A DNA stretch of 64,000 bases. It comes from an uncultured Chthonomonadaceae bacterium (lineage in GTDB: Bacteria > Armatimonadota > Chthonomonadetes > Chthonomonadales > Chthonomonadaceae). Of the stretch, positions 48,204 through 58,645 are shown in pieces. Within the stretch, counting starts at the first letter, position 1. Each line of letters opens with the position of its first letter. Position numbers and translations under genes: made by a program. Below the pieces are notes generated by a model, which saw only the letters and a list, made by a program, of their open reading frames with translations, was not told where the DNA came from and did not search any database. Where the stretch lies: assembly GCA_963835065.1 (NCBI GenBank), contig CAWIEK010000024.1, positions 64,001 to 128,000 of the forward strand, in the 5' to 3' direction.

Positions 48204-49829
48204 ATGAACAGCAATCAACACAATGTTCTAGGCGCAATGCCCGCGCCTAATCCCTGTTCGCCTCCCGGCGTGACCGACAAGCGGGCGCTTGCCAGTTTTG
48301 AGGTCCGATTTACGACAGCGACCGAGGAAGCGCTTGTTCCGATTCCACCCCATACGACGAACGGCGATGAAGCGTTATATAAAGACAAGTGCGCCACCTA
48401 CACCAAAGGCATCAAGCAGGATAGTCCCGGCGTGGTAAATCCTGCGGCCTTCAAGACGTTCCGGGATGCGCTCAACAGCGGCAATCCCGCCGACTTTGAG
48501 AAGATTATTGTCGGCGGTACGCAAACGCTGAACGGCCCGCAGGGAGCGTATGCCTTTACATTAGTGGGCACGGATTCGCAGCAGTTCGGCAATGCCCCGG
48601 CAGCCGAGCCGATTGTGCCCCCTCCGCCCGCGCTGGCAAGCCCCGCTTACGGAACGGAACTGACGGAACTGTACTGGTGTTCGCTGCTCCGCGATGTCGC
48701 GTTCACGGATTATGCCGGCAATCCGATAGCGGCAGAAGCGGCGGCGGAACTCTCGGCCATGCCGACGTATGCGGGTCCCAAAGATGTTCACGGCAAAGTG
48801 ACGCCGAATCTGCTGTTTCGCGGCGCATTTCCCGGCGAAACCTCCGGGCCGTACATCTCGCAACTGCTGATCACGCCCACAACGCTGGGCGCGCAGAAAA
48901 TCAGCCAGCAGGTGACGACGTATCTGCCCGGTATTGACTACATGACGGATCTGCTGACCTGGGAGGCTGTCCAGAACGGCATCGTAACGGGACTGGCGGA
49001 TCAGCCCGATCCCATTCCGCGTTATCTGCATGACGGACGCGGCCTGGCGGCCTACACGCATGTAGACGAACTGTTCCAGGCGTACTTTACGGCCTATCTC
49101 GCGCTGAAAACGCTGGGCGCGAAACCCAATCCAGGCAATCCGTACCTCGGCTCGAAGACGCAAAACGGCTTCGGCACGTTCGGCGGACCGGACATCGCTT
49201 CCACGCTTTCCGAAGTCGCCAAGATCGCCCTCAACGCCGTCTGGTATCAGAAGTGGCTGGTGCATCTGCGGCATCGCCCCGAATCCGGCGGCGGCATCGC
49301 GGAACTGACTCGGCTGAATGGCGGCAAAAGCCCGCTCGACGGAGCCTTGAACCACAATGTTTTGAACTCGCAGGCGGTGCAAAAGAGCTTCAGCAAGTAT
49401 GGAACCTACCTGCTTTCGCAGCCGTTTCCCGAAGGCTCGCCCTACCATCCCGCGTATCCGACGGGGCACGGCACGGTGGGCGGAGCCTGCATCACCATTC
49501 TAAAATTCTTCTTCGACGGGAATTTTGTGATTCCCAATCCGAAGGTTCCTTCCAGCGATGGCCTAACGCTCGTGCCCTACGGCTATACCGGCAGCGATAC
49601 CGAGTTGCTGACAGTCAACAGCGAACTGAACAAGATCGCGCATAACATCACGTTCGGGCACGGACTGCACGGCGGTATCCACTGGCGCAGCGACAGCGAT
49701 TATTCCATGAAGTTGGGTGAAGCCGTCGCCATCAGTTTCCTGCAGGACAAAGCGAAAACGTACAACGAAAAGTTCGCCATCACGTTCACCAAACTTGACG
49801 GCCAGCCTCAAACCATCAAGAACGACTAA
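48204..49829 (+). CDS. Vanadium-dependent haloperoxidase family protein (VBPO-like)
   Basis: ELYW..LLRDV.F, GPYISQ, WYQKW..H.R.RPE, PEGSP.HPAYPTGH, ELNK.A.N..FG...GIHWRSD. Confidence 0.9.
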   Translation: MNSNQHNVLGAMPAPNPCSPPGVTDKRALASFEVRFTTATEEALVPIPPHTTNGDEALYKDKCATYTKGIKQDSPGVVNPAAFKTFRDALNSGNPADFEKIIVGGTQTLNGPQGAYAFTLVGTDSQQFGNAPAAEPIVPPPPALASPAYGTELTELYWCSLLRDVAFTDYAGNPIAAEAAAELSAMPTYAGPKDVHGKVTPNLLFRGAFPGETSGPYISQLLITPTTLGAQKISQQVTTYLPGIDYMTDLLTWEAVQNGIVTGLADQPDPIPRYLHDGRGLAAYTHVDELFQAYFTAYLALKTLGAKPNPGNPYLGSKTQNGFGTFGGPDIASTLSEVAKIALNAVWYQKWLVHLRHRPESGGGIAELTRLNGGKSPLDGALNHNVLNSQAVQKSFSKYGTYLLSQPFPEGSPYHPAYPTGHGTVGGACITILKFFFDGNFVIPNPKVPSSDGLTLVPYGYTGSDTELLTVNSELNKIAHNITFGHGLHGGIHWRSDSDYSMKLGEAVAISFLQDKAKTYNEKFAITFTKLDGQPQTIKND

Positions 49830-49855
49830 ATCTGTGATTGTGGCAGCGAAACATT

Positions 49856-50491
49856 ATGAACGATCCCCTGACGCTTGTAATTACAGATACGCCCGGAGAC
49901 ATCTACGCCTCCCTCATGTCCGTTCGGCAGGAGAGTTACTTTCCGTCCGCCTACGACGAGCGTTACTGGGGCGGCGGCATCCACAAACTTCTGAGCGCAG
50001 AGGAGATACGCCGGATGCATGCCGAGGACGCAGGTTCCATGTTTGCCCTGGCTTTCACCCCGGACAATCAGCTGCAGGCTTATTCTCGTTTTACAGTGGG
50101 AACGAAACTTGAGGAGGTCGCGCCCCGTCATGTAGCCTGTGAACAGGAAGGGGAAGTAACGTTCATTCATATTATAGCGGCGCGATCCCAAATTCGGGGA
50201 CAAGCGCTTACATGGCAGGTGAACGGACAGGCAAGGCAGGGGAAAGTCGGGCGGGTCCTATACGACGAAATTTGTAATTTCAGCATTGAGCGCGGCATGA
50301 AGATGGCTGTCGCGGAAGTTTGTGTTTATCCCGTTCCCAACATCCCCTCCCTGCTCTTACACCGCAATGCCGGGTTTGTTGCTCTCGGAAAAGGCGAGGA
50401 TGTTCAAATTCGCGCCAGCCGCCATGACAGTGGAGAGACGATAGCCTTTAGCCGCTTCGCCAAACCGCTTTTCGATCCTTGTGAATTGTGA
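49856..50491 (+). CDS. GNAT-like hypothetical protein
   Basis: RQGKVGRVLY resembles the AcCoA loop; PNIPSLLLHRNAGF resembles GNAT motif B. Confidence 0.55.
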   Translation: MNDPLTLVITDTPGDIYASLMSVRQESYFPSAYDERYWGGGIHKLLSAEEIRRMHAEDAGSMFALAFTPDNQLQAYSRFTVGTKLEEVAPRHVACEQEGEVTFIHIIAARSQIRGQALTWQVNGQARQGKVGRVLYDEICNFSIERGMKMAVAEVCVYPVPNIPSLLLHRNAGFVALGKGEDVQIRASRHDSGETIAFSRFAKPLFDPCEL

Positions 50492-50611
50492 GGTCAACCA
50501 AATAAATAACTCAATTCTGTACCGCGCCAACTTACAGATTGAGGAGAAGGACTGCATGAGAAGCACCACATAAAGATTACAACGACATCGCGCTGAACAG
50601 GGTCAGAAAAA

Positions 50612-51589
50612 ATGGATAACAAGCAGGAACAGCCCGTACAACAACAGCCTATACAAAACATCCCGCCACTAACCCCAACCGGGCAAACACCGGCAAGTGT
50701 CTTAAACATAAAGGCCGTAAAATCGGGTGACTTTGTAATGCAGGCTCTTACTCAATTAGGCACGTTCTCTGTTGGCGCGTCGCTGATAGGGCTGATAGCC
50801 AAAGCGCTTGGAGCCGCCGATGAACAGGTCGCCGGTATATCCATCTACATAATAACCGCGCTCTACATAGTGAGATACCGGGCAACGCTCCAGAAGATTG
50901 TCCGAGTCTACAGCCTGCTGATTTGCATCATGTCTGTGTGCCTGCTCCTGTTCCTGTTCAAGAACCAGGTAAGTTCGACATTCCTGGATTCTACGCTCAC
51001 CCGAACAACCGGAATCATCAAGATTACGCCGAAGGCGAATGACTTTTTGCCAAGTCTTTCCACGTACATCTCGGAGGCAAAACAGGAGGTCTGGTTCACC
51101 GGTATCAGTTTCTACGTAACCCTGCCCCAACATCGAGATACGCTGATGAAAAAACTGGAAGAAGGAGTAGATGTCAGGTTCCTCATTTACGATCCATTGA
51201 GTAAAAATCTACATGATGTGGCAAGCGGGTTTTCGCAGTCGGATGAAGCCCTGCGAAACGAATGTGACCTGACCATCCAAAACCTGCAGGAAATGTTGGC
51301 CGACGCAAAGCAGCGTAATTTGCCCGGCAGGCTCGAAATAAAGCTGTTTTCGAGTGTGCCGCGTACGCGCATGTACGTGTTTGACCGCAAGATGGAGACA
51401 GGCACAACTTACTTTATCCCGCATGTCGATCAGCAGAATACTCCGAACCTGCCTGGTTTCCTCGTCAAAAACATCAAGACCGGAATCACGCAGCCGTACT
51501 TTGAAGGAATTGAGCGGCTATGGAACACGGCGCAACTCTACGAAACCTGGCTGGCTTTGCACCCGGAACGGCAAAAGCATCCTCAGTAA
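50612..51589 (+). CDS. Membrane protein with C-terminal PLD-like (DUF5919-type) domain
   Basis: About 3 TM segments, then AKQEVWFTGIS...GVDVRFLIYDP.S...LEIKLF....MYVFD...FEGIERLW. Confidence 0.55.
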   Translation: MDNKQEQPVQQQPIQNIPPLTPTGQTPASVLNIKAVKSGDFVMQALTQLGTFSVGASLIGLIAKALGAADEQVAGISIYIITALYIVRYRATLQKIVRVYSLLICIMSVCLLLFLFKNQVSSTFLDSTLTRTTGIIKITPKANDFLPSLSTYISEAKQEVWFTGISFYVTLPQHRDTLMKKLEEGVDVRFLIYDPLSKNLHDVASGFSQSDEALRNECDLTIQNLQEMLADAKQRNLPGRLEIKLFSSVPRTRMYVFDRKMETGTTYFIPHVDQQNTPNLPGFLVKNIKTGITQPYFEGIERLWNTAQLYETWLALHPERQKHPQ

Positions 51590-51697
51590 TAAAGAAGATA
51601 TTCCGCCAACGCCGGTAAAAATCAGGTATACTGCATTGTAATCAAAAATACTTAGTTGTATGTAGGCTTCGCCCTTACAAATACGCCGGAGGATATG

Positions 51698-51756
51698 AAC
51701 CCTCTATCTCGCGCATTTTGCAATTGCGCTATCGAGATAGAGGGGTTTTTGTTTTT
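51698..51756 (+). terminator. Intrinsic terminator
   Basis: aaccctctatctcg ... cgagatagagggg followed by tttttgttttt. Confidence 0.7.
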
Positions 51757-51861
51757 GAAGCCTGTTCGGAAATTCTTTTCAGTAGGAAGTAAGGGTTCGT
51801 CAGTCCGACCCATTCAACGTAACGCGCTTATAGGTCTTTGCATTGTATCCGTATAACTTTT

Positions 51862-53412
51862 ATGGACGAGACATTCCTCCATCGTATCGAACAGTTGATT
51901 TCGGCACGGGCGGGGCTGCAGTTGCGGCCACGTGAGCGTGAGGCATTGCGCGGCACTCTTGCCGCGCGCATGGCTGCCCTGCATCTGCGTCATGCCGAAG
52001 AGTACCACCAACTGCTGCAAGCCGGCACTCCTGACGCCGAAAGCGAATGGGAGCATCTCCTGGCGCGCGTGACCAACAAGGAAAGCTACTTCTTTCGTGA
52101 TAAAGGGCAAATGGCGCTGCTGCGCGAGCGCCTTCTGCCGGAACTGATTGCGCGTAACCAGGCGACGCGAACCCTGCGCCTGTGGAGCGCGGGCTGTTCG
52201 ACCGGCGAGGAACCGTATTCGCTGGCGATGCTGGTGAACGAACTGCTGCCGCAGCGCCAAACCGCTTCCGGGGCAGGCTGGGAAATCGTTATCCTGGGAA
52301 CCGACATTGACGGGCCGGCTCTGGAGCAGGCGAAGCGGGGGATTTATGGTTCCTGGTCTTTCCGCGTGATGGAGCCGGGATTGCAGCAGCGCAGCTTTCA
52401 GCGCCGGGAGGACGGCTGGCAAGTGGCGGAAGCAAGCCGCTCCTTAGTCACCTTTGGCCGGTGCAATCTCGTCGCCGACCCGTTTCCAGGCGCGGCAACG
52501 GGCATCCACGACATGGACTTGATACTCTGCCGCAACGTGTTTATTTACTTTGAGCGCGAAGCCGTATCCGCCGTTTTGCGCAAGTTCGGGCAAACCCTGC
52601 GCGACGGCGGCTACCTGATGACAGGCCATTCCGAAACCTACGGGCGGCTGATGGAACCGCTGCAGGCGCGAATGTTTCCCGGCTCGGTGGTTTATCAGCG
52701 CGCGGACAAGGCTTCCATTGGCGTGGAAACAGCCCCCAATAGCGTGGGGCGGGAAACGGGAACGGGGGCCGAACACGCTTCCATCCGCAGCCCGCTTCCC
52801 GCGCCGACGCATACGAATGAGGCTGCCCCTACCCGCCCGCTCGTTTCGCCTTTGCCTGTATCGCCTGTTGTACAACAGGTTGAAACAGCAGTTTCGCGGC
52901 AGCCCGTCTTACTACCCGCTGCGCAGCCGGAACGCGCGTTTACGAAATCTGCAACCGATTCCGTTTCCAGCGCGGCGGCGCGGATGGGAACGCAGACGCA
53001 GGAGGAGCCTGCCGGGGAAAGGGCGCTTTTGCTCCGGGCGGTTGCCCATGCCAATCTGGGCCAATACGAGGACGCGACCGGCTGCTGCCGCCGTCTAATA
53101 AAGGAACATCCGCTTGCTCCCGAACCTTACGAAGTGCTGGCCTCCATTGCCCAGGAACAGGGCAATGATGAGGAAGCCAAAGCGCTGTTGAAAAAGGCGC
53201 TTTACCTGGCTCCCGCGTCGCCCTCCGCGTATCTGGAACTGGGCGCGCTTTACCGCAGCGAGGGCGATGAGGCGCGGGCGCGAAAGATGTATGTCACCGC
53301 GCTGGAATTGCTGCTGCCGCTGCCCCCGGACGCCGCAATAGGCGCATTTGGCGGGCCGAACGCCCAGGAATGGATACTGCACTTGAAACAACTGCCGGCG
53401 GAAGGAGAATGA
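51862..53412 (+). CDS. cheR: CheR methyltransferase with C-terminal TPR (WspC-like)
   Basis: TNKESYFFRD, WSAGCSTGEEPYSLA, DLILCRNVFIYF; TPR helices at the C-terminus. Confidence 0.93.
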   Translation: MDETFLHRIEQLISARAGLQLRPREREALRGTLAARMAALHLRHAEEYHQLLQAGTPDAESEWEHLLARVTNKESYFFRDKGQMALLRERLLPELIARNQATRTLRLWSAGCSTGEEPYSLAMLVNELLPQRQTASGAGWEIVILGTDIDGPALEQAKRGIYGSWSFRVMEPGLQQRSFQRREDGWQVAEASRSLVTFGRCNLVADPFPGAATGIHDMDLILCRNVFIYFEREAVSAVLRKFGQTLRDGGYLMTGHSETYGRLMEPLQARMFPGSVVYQRADKASIGVETAPNSVGRETGTGAEHASIRSPLPAPTHTNEAAPTRPLVSPLPVSPVVQQVETAVSRQPVLLPAAQPERAFTKSATDSVSSAAARMGTQTQEEPAGERALLLRAVAHANLGQYEDATGCCRRLIKEHPLAPEPYEVLASIAQEQGNDEEAKALLKKALYLAPASPSAYLELGALYRSEGDEARARKMYVTALELLLPLPPDAAIGAFGGPNAQEWILHLKQLPAEGE

Positions 53413-54441
53413 CACGGAAACAACGCCGTTTCTGATTTTCAGGCTGCGCGACTCGCGCTACGCGGTGGAAGCGTCGGCGGTGTGCGAGATCGTACTCCTG
53501 CCCGAAATCCTGCCGATGGAGGAGACGCCGGGCTATATCGTCGGCGTCGTCAACCTGCGCGGGCAAATCGTGCCCATCATGGACTTGAACTTGCGCTTCG
53601 GACACCCGCCGCAGCGCCGCAGCCTGGAAGATTGCATTGTGGTTTTGGAATGGGCGGGAAGCGCCATCGGCATGATTGTCAACGAGGTGCAAACTGCGCA
53701 TGACATCGCGCCGGACGAGAGGATGCCGGTTCCCTCCTACGGGCTGGAGGCGCAATCCGATGCCCGGTTCCTGGCGGGATTGGCAAAGTGGGGCGAACAG
53801 GTCGTGATGCTGCTCCATCTGGATAACCTGCTGCGCCTGCCGCCGAACCGGGAAGAAGGGCAGCGGCGTGGAGGGAAACATGCCGCCCGTCCTGCCGTCC
53901 GCTTTCTGCCCGGACGCCACGCCGCAGGAACAGGCCGTGTTCCGGGAGCGCGCCCGCAGCCTGGCGCAGGCACTGGAAAGCCAGGAGCAGGACGAAATGC
54001 CGCCCCTCGCGGTGGTGCGTCTGGGCGAGGAGTTGTTCGGCATCGACTTGCAGGCGATTCGGGAATTCGCCGAACTGCGCAGCGTGACGCCGGTTCCCTG
54101 CTGCCCCGCGCATATCGTCGGCCAGATGAACCTGCGCGGCGATCTCATTACCCTGCTGGATATTGCCGGAGCGCTCGGCCTGCCGCCGACGCCGGGGAAG
54201 GCAAACCGCAAAGTCGTCGTGGTGAACAGCGCCGAATTGGGCGCGGGCGTCCTTGTGGACGAGGTACTCGACGTGCTTTCCCTGCGCGCTGCGGACGTAT
54301 CACCGGCTCCCGCTTCTGCCCGCGCGCCCGGCCAGGAATATCTGCGGGGCGCGACGCCGTACGGCGACGCAGATGCTGAGCCTGCTCGATTTGCCCGCGC
54401 TGCTGAGGCAGGAAAGTCTGATTGTGAACGAAAACCCATGA
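53409..54441 (+). CDS. cheW: Tandem CheW-CheW adaptor, broken by frameshifts near 53411, 53860 and 54370
   Basis: Two CheW motifs (GVVNLRGQIVPIMDL; GQMNLRGDLITLLDI) in successive frames; tail MLSLLDLPALL..NENP ends with TGA overlapping the MCP ATG. Confidence 0.8.
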
Positions 54442-55935
54442 CGAACTTGCGAAACTGGAAAATACGGACGAAGCTGGTGCTGATGGTTGTAGCCTTCGTC
54501 ACCGCCCTGCTGTCTTACGCCTCCGTGTCCTACAACACGCGCCAACAGCTGCAGATAGACGGTCCCTACTTTGACCGCATTATGCGTACCCGACAACTGC
54601 TGGCGGACATTGCGCCTTCGCCGCTGTATCTCGGCGAAGCGTATTTAATCGCCTGGCAGGTGGTATCCGCGCCGGATGGGGCGCAGCGCGACGCGCTCAT
54701 CCAAAAATTGCGCGTACTGCGGCAATCTTACGACACGAACCATGCGCTGTGGCAAAAAACGCTGACCGCCAACCCCGATGAGGCTATGAAGCAGGCGCTG
54801 CTTGTAAAAGCGCACGACCCGGCGGTACGGTTTTTCGAGACAGCGGAAAAAGCCTTTCTCCCGGCTGTCCTGGCCGGCGACCGGAACAAAGCGGCGGCTG
54901 CTGCTGAACGGCGCTATGCAGCGCGACTATGACGAGCATCGCCTGGGCATTGATGAAGCGGTACGGCTGGCGGATGTGGAAAACGCGGGCTTGAAACAGG
55001 AAGCGGAATCGCTGATCCATTCCAGGAGTTTGCTGCAAGTAGGCTTGTTGGTGGGCGTGATCGCGCTTTTCGGCCTGGGAATTGGCCCGCTCATCAGCCG
55101 CTCGATCACCCATCCCCTGCAGGGAACGGTGAACGCCCTTTCCACAACGTCGGTAGAACTCGCTTCCACCATTGAGGAACAGGAGCGCACCGCCATGAGC
55201 CAATCCGCTGCGGTGAGCCAGACCACAGCGGCTATGGACGAATTGGACGCTTCTTTCAACCAGACGGCGGAAGTGGTGAGGGTCGCCGCCGAGCGCGTAC
55301 AGCAATCCGTCGCCGTCGCCAATGAGGGCATCAAAACGGTGCGGCAGATGCAGGAGGGGATGCTCGATTTAAAAGAAAAAGTGGGAACAACGGTGGCGGG
55401 GCAGATTCTAAAATTGAGCGAACAGACCGCGCAAATCAGCGCCATCACCAATCAGGTCGGTGATCTGGCGAACCAGACCAACATGCTGGCGCTCAACGCT
55501 GCGGTGGAAGCGGCGCGGGCCGGAGAACACGGCAAAGGATTCGCGGTTGTCGCCGCCGAAATCCGCAAGCTGGCCGATGCAAGCCGCAGGTCCGCCGAAC
55601 GCATCAACGCGCTTGTGGACGACATCCAGAAGGCCACCAATGCCACCGTGATGGCAACTGAGGAAAGCACCAAAACGGTAGAGCAGGCAATCCAGCGCGC
55701 GCAGGCGACAGTGGCCGCTTTCAACGAGCTGAAGGAAGCCAGCAACATCGCCGCCGACACCGCGCAGCAAACCTTGCTGAGTGTCCCGCAGCAAGTCACC
55801 GCCGTTAAGCAGGTACTCGAATCCATGGACGCGCTGAATACGGGGTCACGAGAAACCGCCGGAGCCATCGGCCAGAGCCGCGCCGGCATGGAAACCCTGC
55901 GAGAAACAGTATTCCGGCTCAAGTCCACAATCTGA
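54438..55935 (+). CDS. Methyl-accepting chemotaxis protein, +1 frameshift near 54898
   Basis: TM-sensor-TM, then [37 protein letters not shown]. Confidence 0.88.
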
Positions 55936-55989
55936 ACAAGAGCCGAAACAGCAAGAAGTAAAACACCAGGAAACAAGGCAAGTAAAGCC

Positions 55990-58645
55990 ATGATTGACGA
56001 CCCGGAACTTCGCGCGCTTTTCAAAGCCGAAAGCGAAGAACATCTGCAAACATTGGAAAACGGGCTGCTCCGCCTGGAAGCGGAACCGCGCGATGCCGCC
56101 GCCATGCTGGAAGAACTTTTCCGCAGCGCCCACAGCCTCAAGGGCGCGGCGCGGATGCTGGGCGTGGAAGGCGTGGAAACGCTGGCGCACCACTTCGAGG
56201 ACGAACTGGGCGCGGCGAAGCGTGGGCACAGCGTCATATCTTCGGCAATGGCGGATCGCCTTTATCGTGGCGTGGACGCCATGCGAAAACTGGCGCGGGA
56301 AGCCAGTGACGGCGAAGCCGCGCAGGTGGACATTCCCCAGGTACTGGCGCAGTTGCGCGGCGACGGCCTGCCCCCTGCTCCCGCGCCGGAAGTAATGGTT
56401 GTGGCCCTCACCCCGCTCGCAAAAGAGCCTGGGAGCGGGGAGACTGGATATTTGGGGGATGGGGCTGAACAGTTACCTGCTGAAATAACTTCCGATGAAG
56501 CCAAAGCCGGCCCGTTGCGCTTACCTGTTGTACTGCAAATGGAGAATGTTCCGGCCCCGCAGAAGCCGCCGCGCAACGGAGCCACGCTGGAACCCAATGG
56601 GGCCGCGCTGCGCGCTGCCATTGCGCTGCCGCCGACGCGGGAAACTTCCAATGATAAGCCGGCCATCGCGGTTGAGGAACCGCCCATTGCGGCTAAGGAA
56701 CCGTCCGATGTCAGCGAGTTGCCTGCCGTTGGCCGCGAGCCGTTTGATGTTGTCAGTAATGCGCTTGCGGTCAATGGACGAGGCGCTCGTGTCGCCGGCA
56801 GTGTTCAAGATTGAAACCATCCGCGTGGAGCCGCAAAAGCTGGACGCGCTGATGACGCTGGCCGGGGAAATGGCCGTGACCACAACGCGGGTGGCGCGCG
56901 CCCTGGCTGTAATCGGCGACCTGGTGGCGCTGTCGGAGGAGTGGGGCCGCGATACGGACATGGGGCGTTCCGCGCCTGCCGCCCTGCCGGACGGCCTTTC
57001 CGGCGATTCGCGTCCCGGCCTGCGTGAAAATCCTGCCCGTTTTCAGGAGCGCGAAACCGCGCGGCAGGAACGGCTGGCACACTTGCTGGGCCAATTGGAG
57101 CGAACGAGCGACGAAGGCATTACGCGCCTGGGGCTGGTGTCGGACGCGCTGGACGAGGCGATCCGCAGTATGCGCAGCCTGCCGTTTTCCACCATCTTCA
57201 GCCTGTTTCCCCGCATGGCGCGTGATTTAAGCCGGGAGCAGGGCAAAGAAGTACGGCTGGTTGTGGAGGGGGGAACCATTGCCGCCGACAAACACCTGCT
57301 CGAAGAATTGAAAGACCCGCTGATGCACCTGCTTCGCAACGCCATTGATCACGGCATCGAACTGCCGGACGAGCGCATACGGCAGGGCAAGCCGCGCGAA
57401 GCGACGCTTACTTTGCGCGCCTTCCAGACGGCGGCCAGCGTGGTTATCGAAATCACGGACGATGGACGGGGCCTGGATGTGGAAGCGATTCGCCGCGCCG
57501 CGCTGCGCAAGCGTTTGCGAAGCGCGGCGGAACTCGCCGCGCTGTCAGACGAAGCCGCGCAGATGCTTATCTTCGCGCCCGGCTTTTCCACCAGTCCGCT
57601 CATTACCAATGTTTCCGGGCGGGGCGTGGGGCTGGATGTTGTCCGCGCCAACATCGAGCGACTCAAAGGCATGGTTGATGTAGAGTCCGTGTCCGGGCGC
57701 GGCTGCACCTTCCGATTGCAGGCTCCTATTACGCTGGCGACAACGCGCGTCCTATTGGTGCGAGTGGCGAAGCGGAGTTACGCCCTGCCCATTGAGGCCG
57801 TGCAGAACATTTCTCTCGTATCCCCACAAGCCGTGTTTTCCATGGAGGGGCGTCCCACGATCAGCCGGGACAGCCTGCCCATCCCGGTCGCGCGCCTGAC
57901 GGACCTGCTGAATTTGCCGGACGCGCAAACGACAAATCCTGCCGGCAAAGCAAGTCAGGCTCCCATCGGCAAAGCGGGCCAGCCGTCTATCGGCAAAGCG
58001 GGACGAGAAGCGATTTCGCCGGAGCGCCGCCTGCTGCCGTGCATTCTCCTTACCATCGGCGCGGAGAAGTTGGGGCTGTTCGTGGATGAACTGCTGGACG
58101 AGCAGGAAGTAATTGTCAAGCCTTTCGGCGGGCTGCTGCAGCGCGTTCGCAACGTTGTTGGCGCAACGATTTTGAATACGGGGGAGATTTGCATGGTATT
58201 GAACCCACAGGACTTGATTGCAAGCGCGCGCAAGGAACGAACCGTCCACGTGGAAGCGGTTCCGAATGAAGAAGCGGAGCGCAAAAAAGTCTTGCTGCTC
58301 GCCGAGGACTCGATTACGACGCGGACGCAGGAAAAACGCATTTTGGAAGGCGCAGGCTACGAGGTCGTTACGGCGGTGGATGGCGCGGATGCGTTCAGCA
58401 AACTGGGAACCCGCAGTTTTGACGCGGTGGTTTCGGACGTGGAAATGCCCAACATGAGCGGTTTGGCGCTGGCGGCGCGCATACGGCAGGACGTGAAATA
58501 CAAGGAACTGCCCATCATCCTCGTCACGTCGCTGGCTTCCGATGAAGACCGGCAGCGCGGCATTGACGTGGGAGCCAACGCCTACATCACGAAAGGCACA
58601 TTCGAGCAAACCGTGCTTCTGGACACGCTAAGGAGGCTGGTATAA
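55990..58645 (+). CDS. cheA: CheA-REC hybrid histidine kinase (WspE-like), frame break in the linker before 56812
   Basis: Hpt FRSAHSLKGAAR; IRVE..KLD; HLLRNAIDHGIE; DDGRG; SGRGVGLDVV; CheW and REC domains. Confidence 0.9.

Noticed and set aside
53868..54932. Apparent CheW-MCP sensor fusion in the ORF track
   Set aside because: It arises from a frameshift near 54370; the CheW tail ends at 54441 and the MCP starts at the overlapping ATG 54438.
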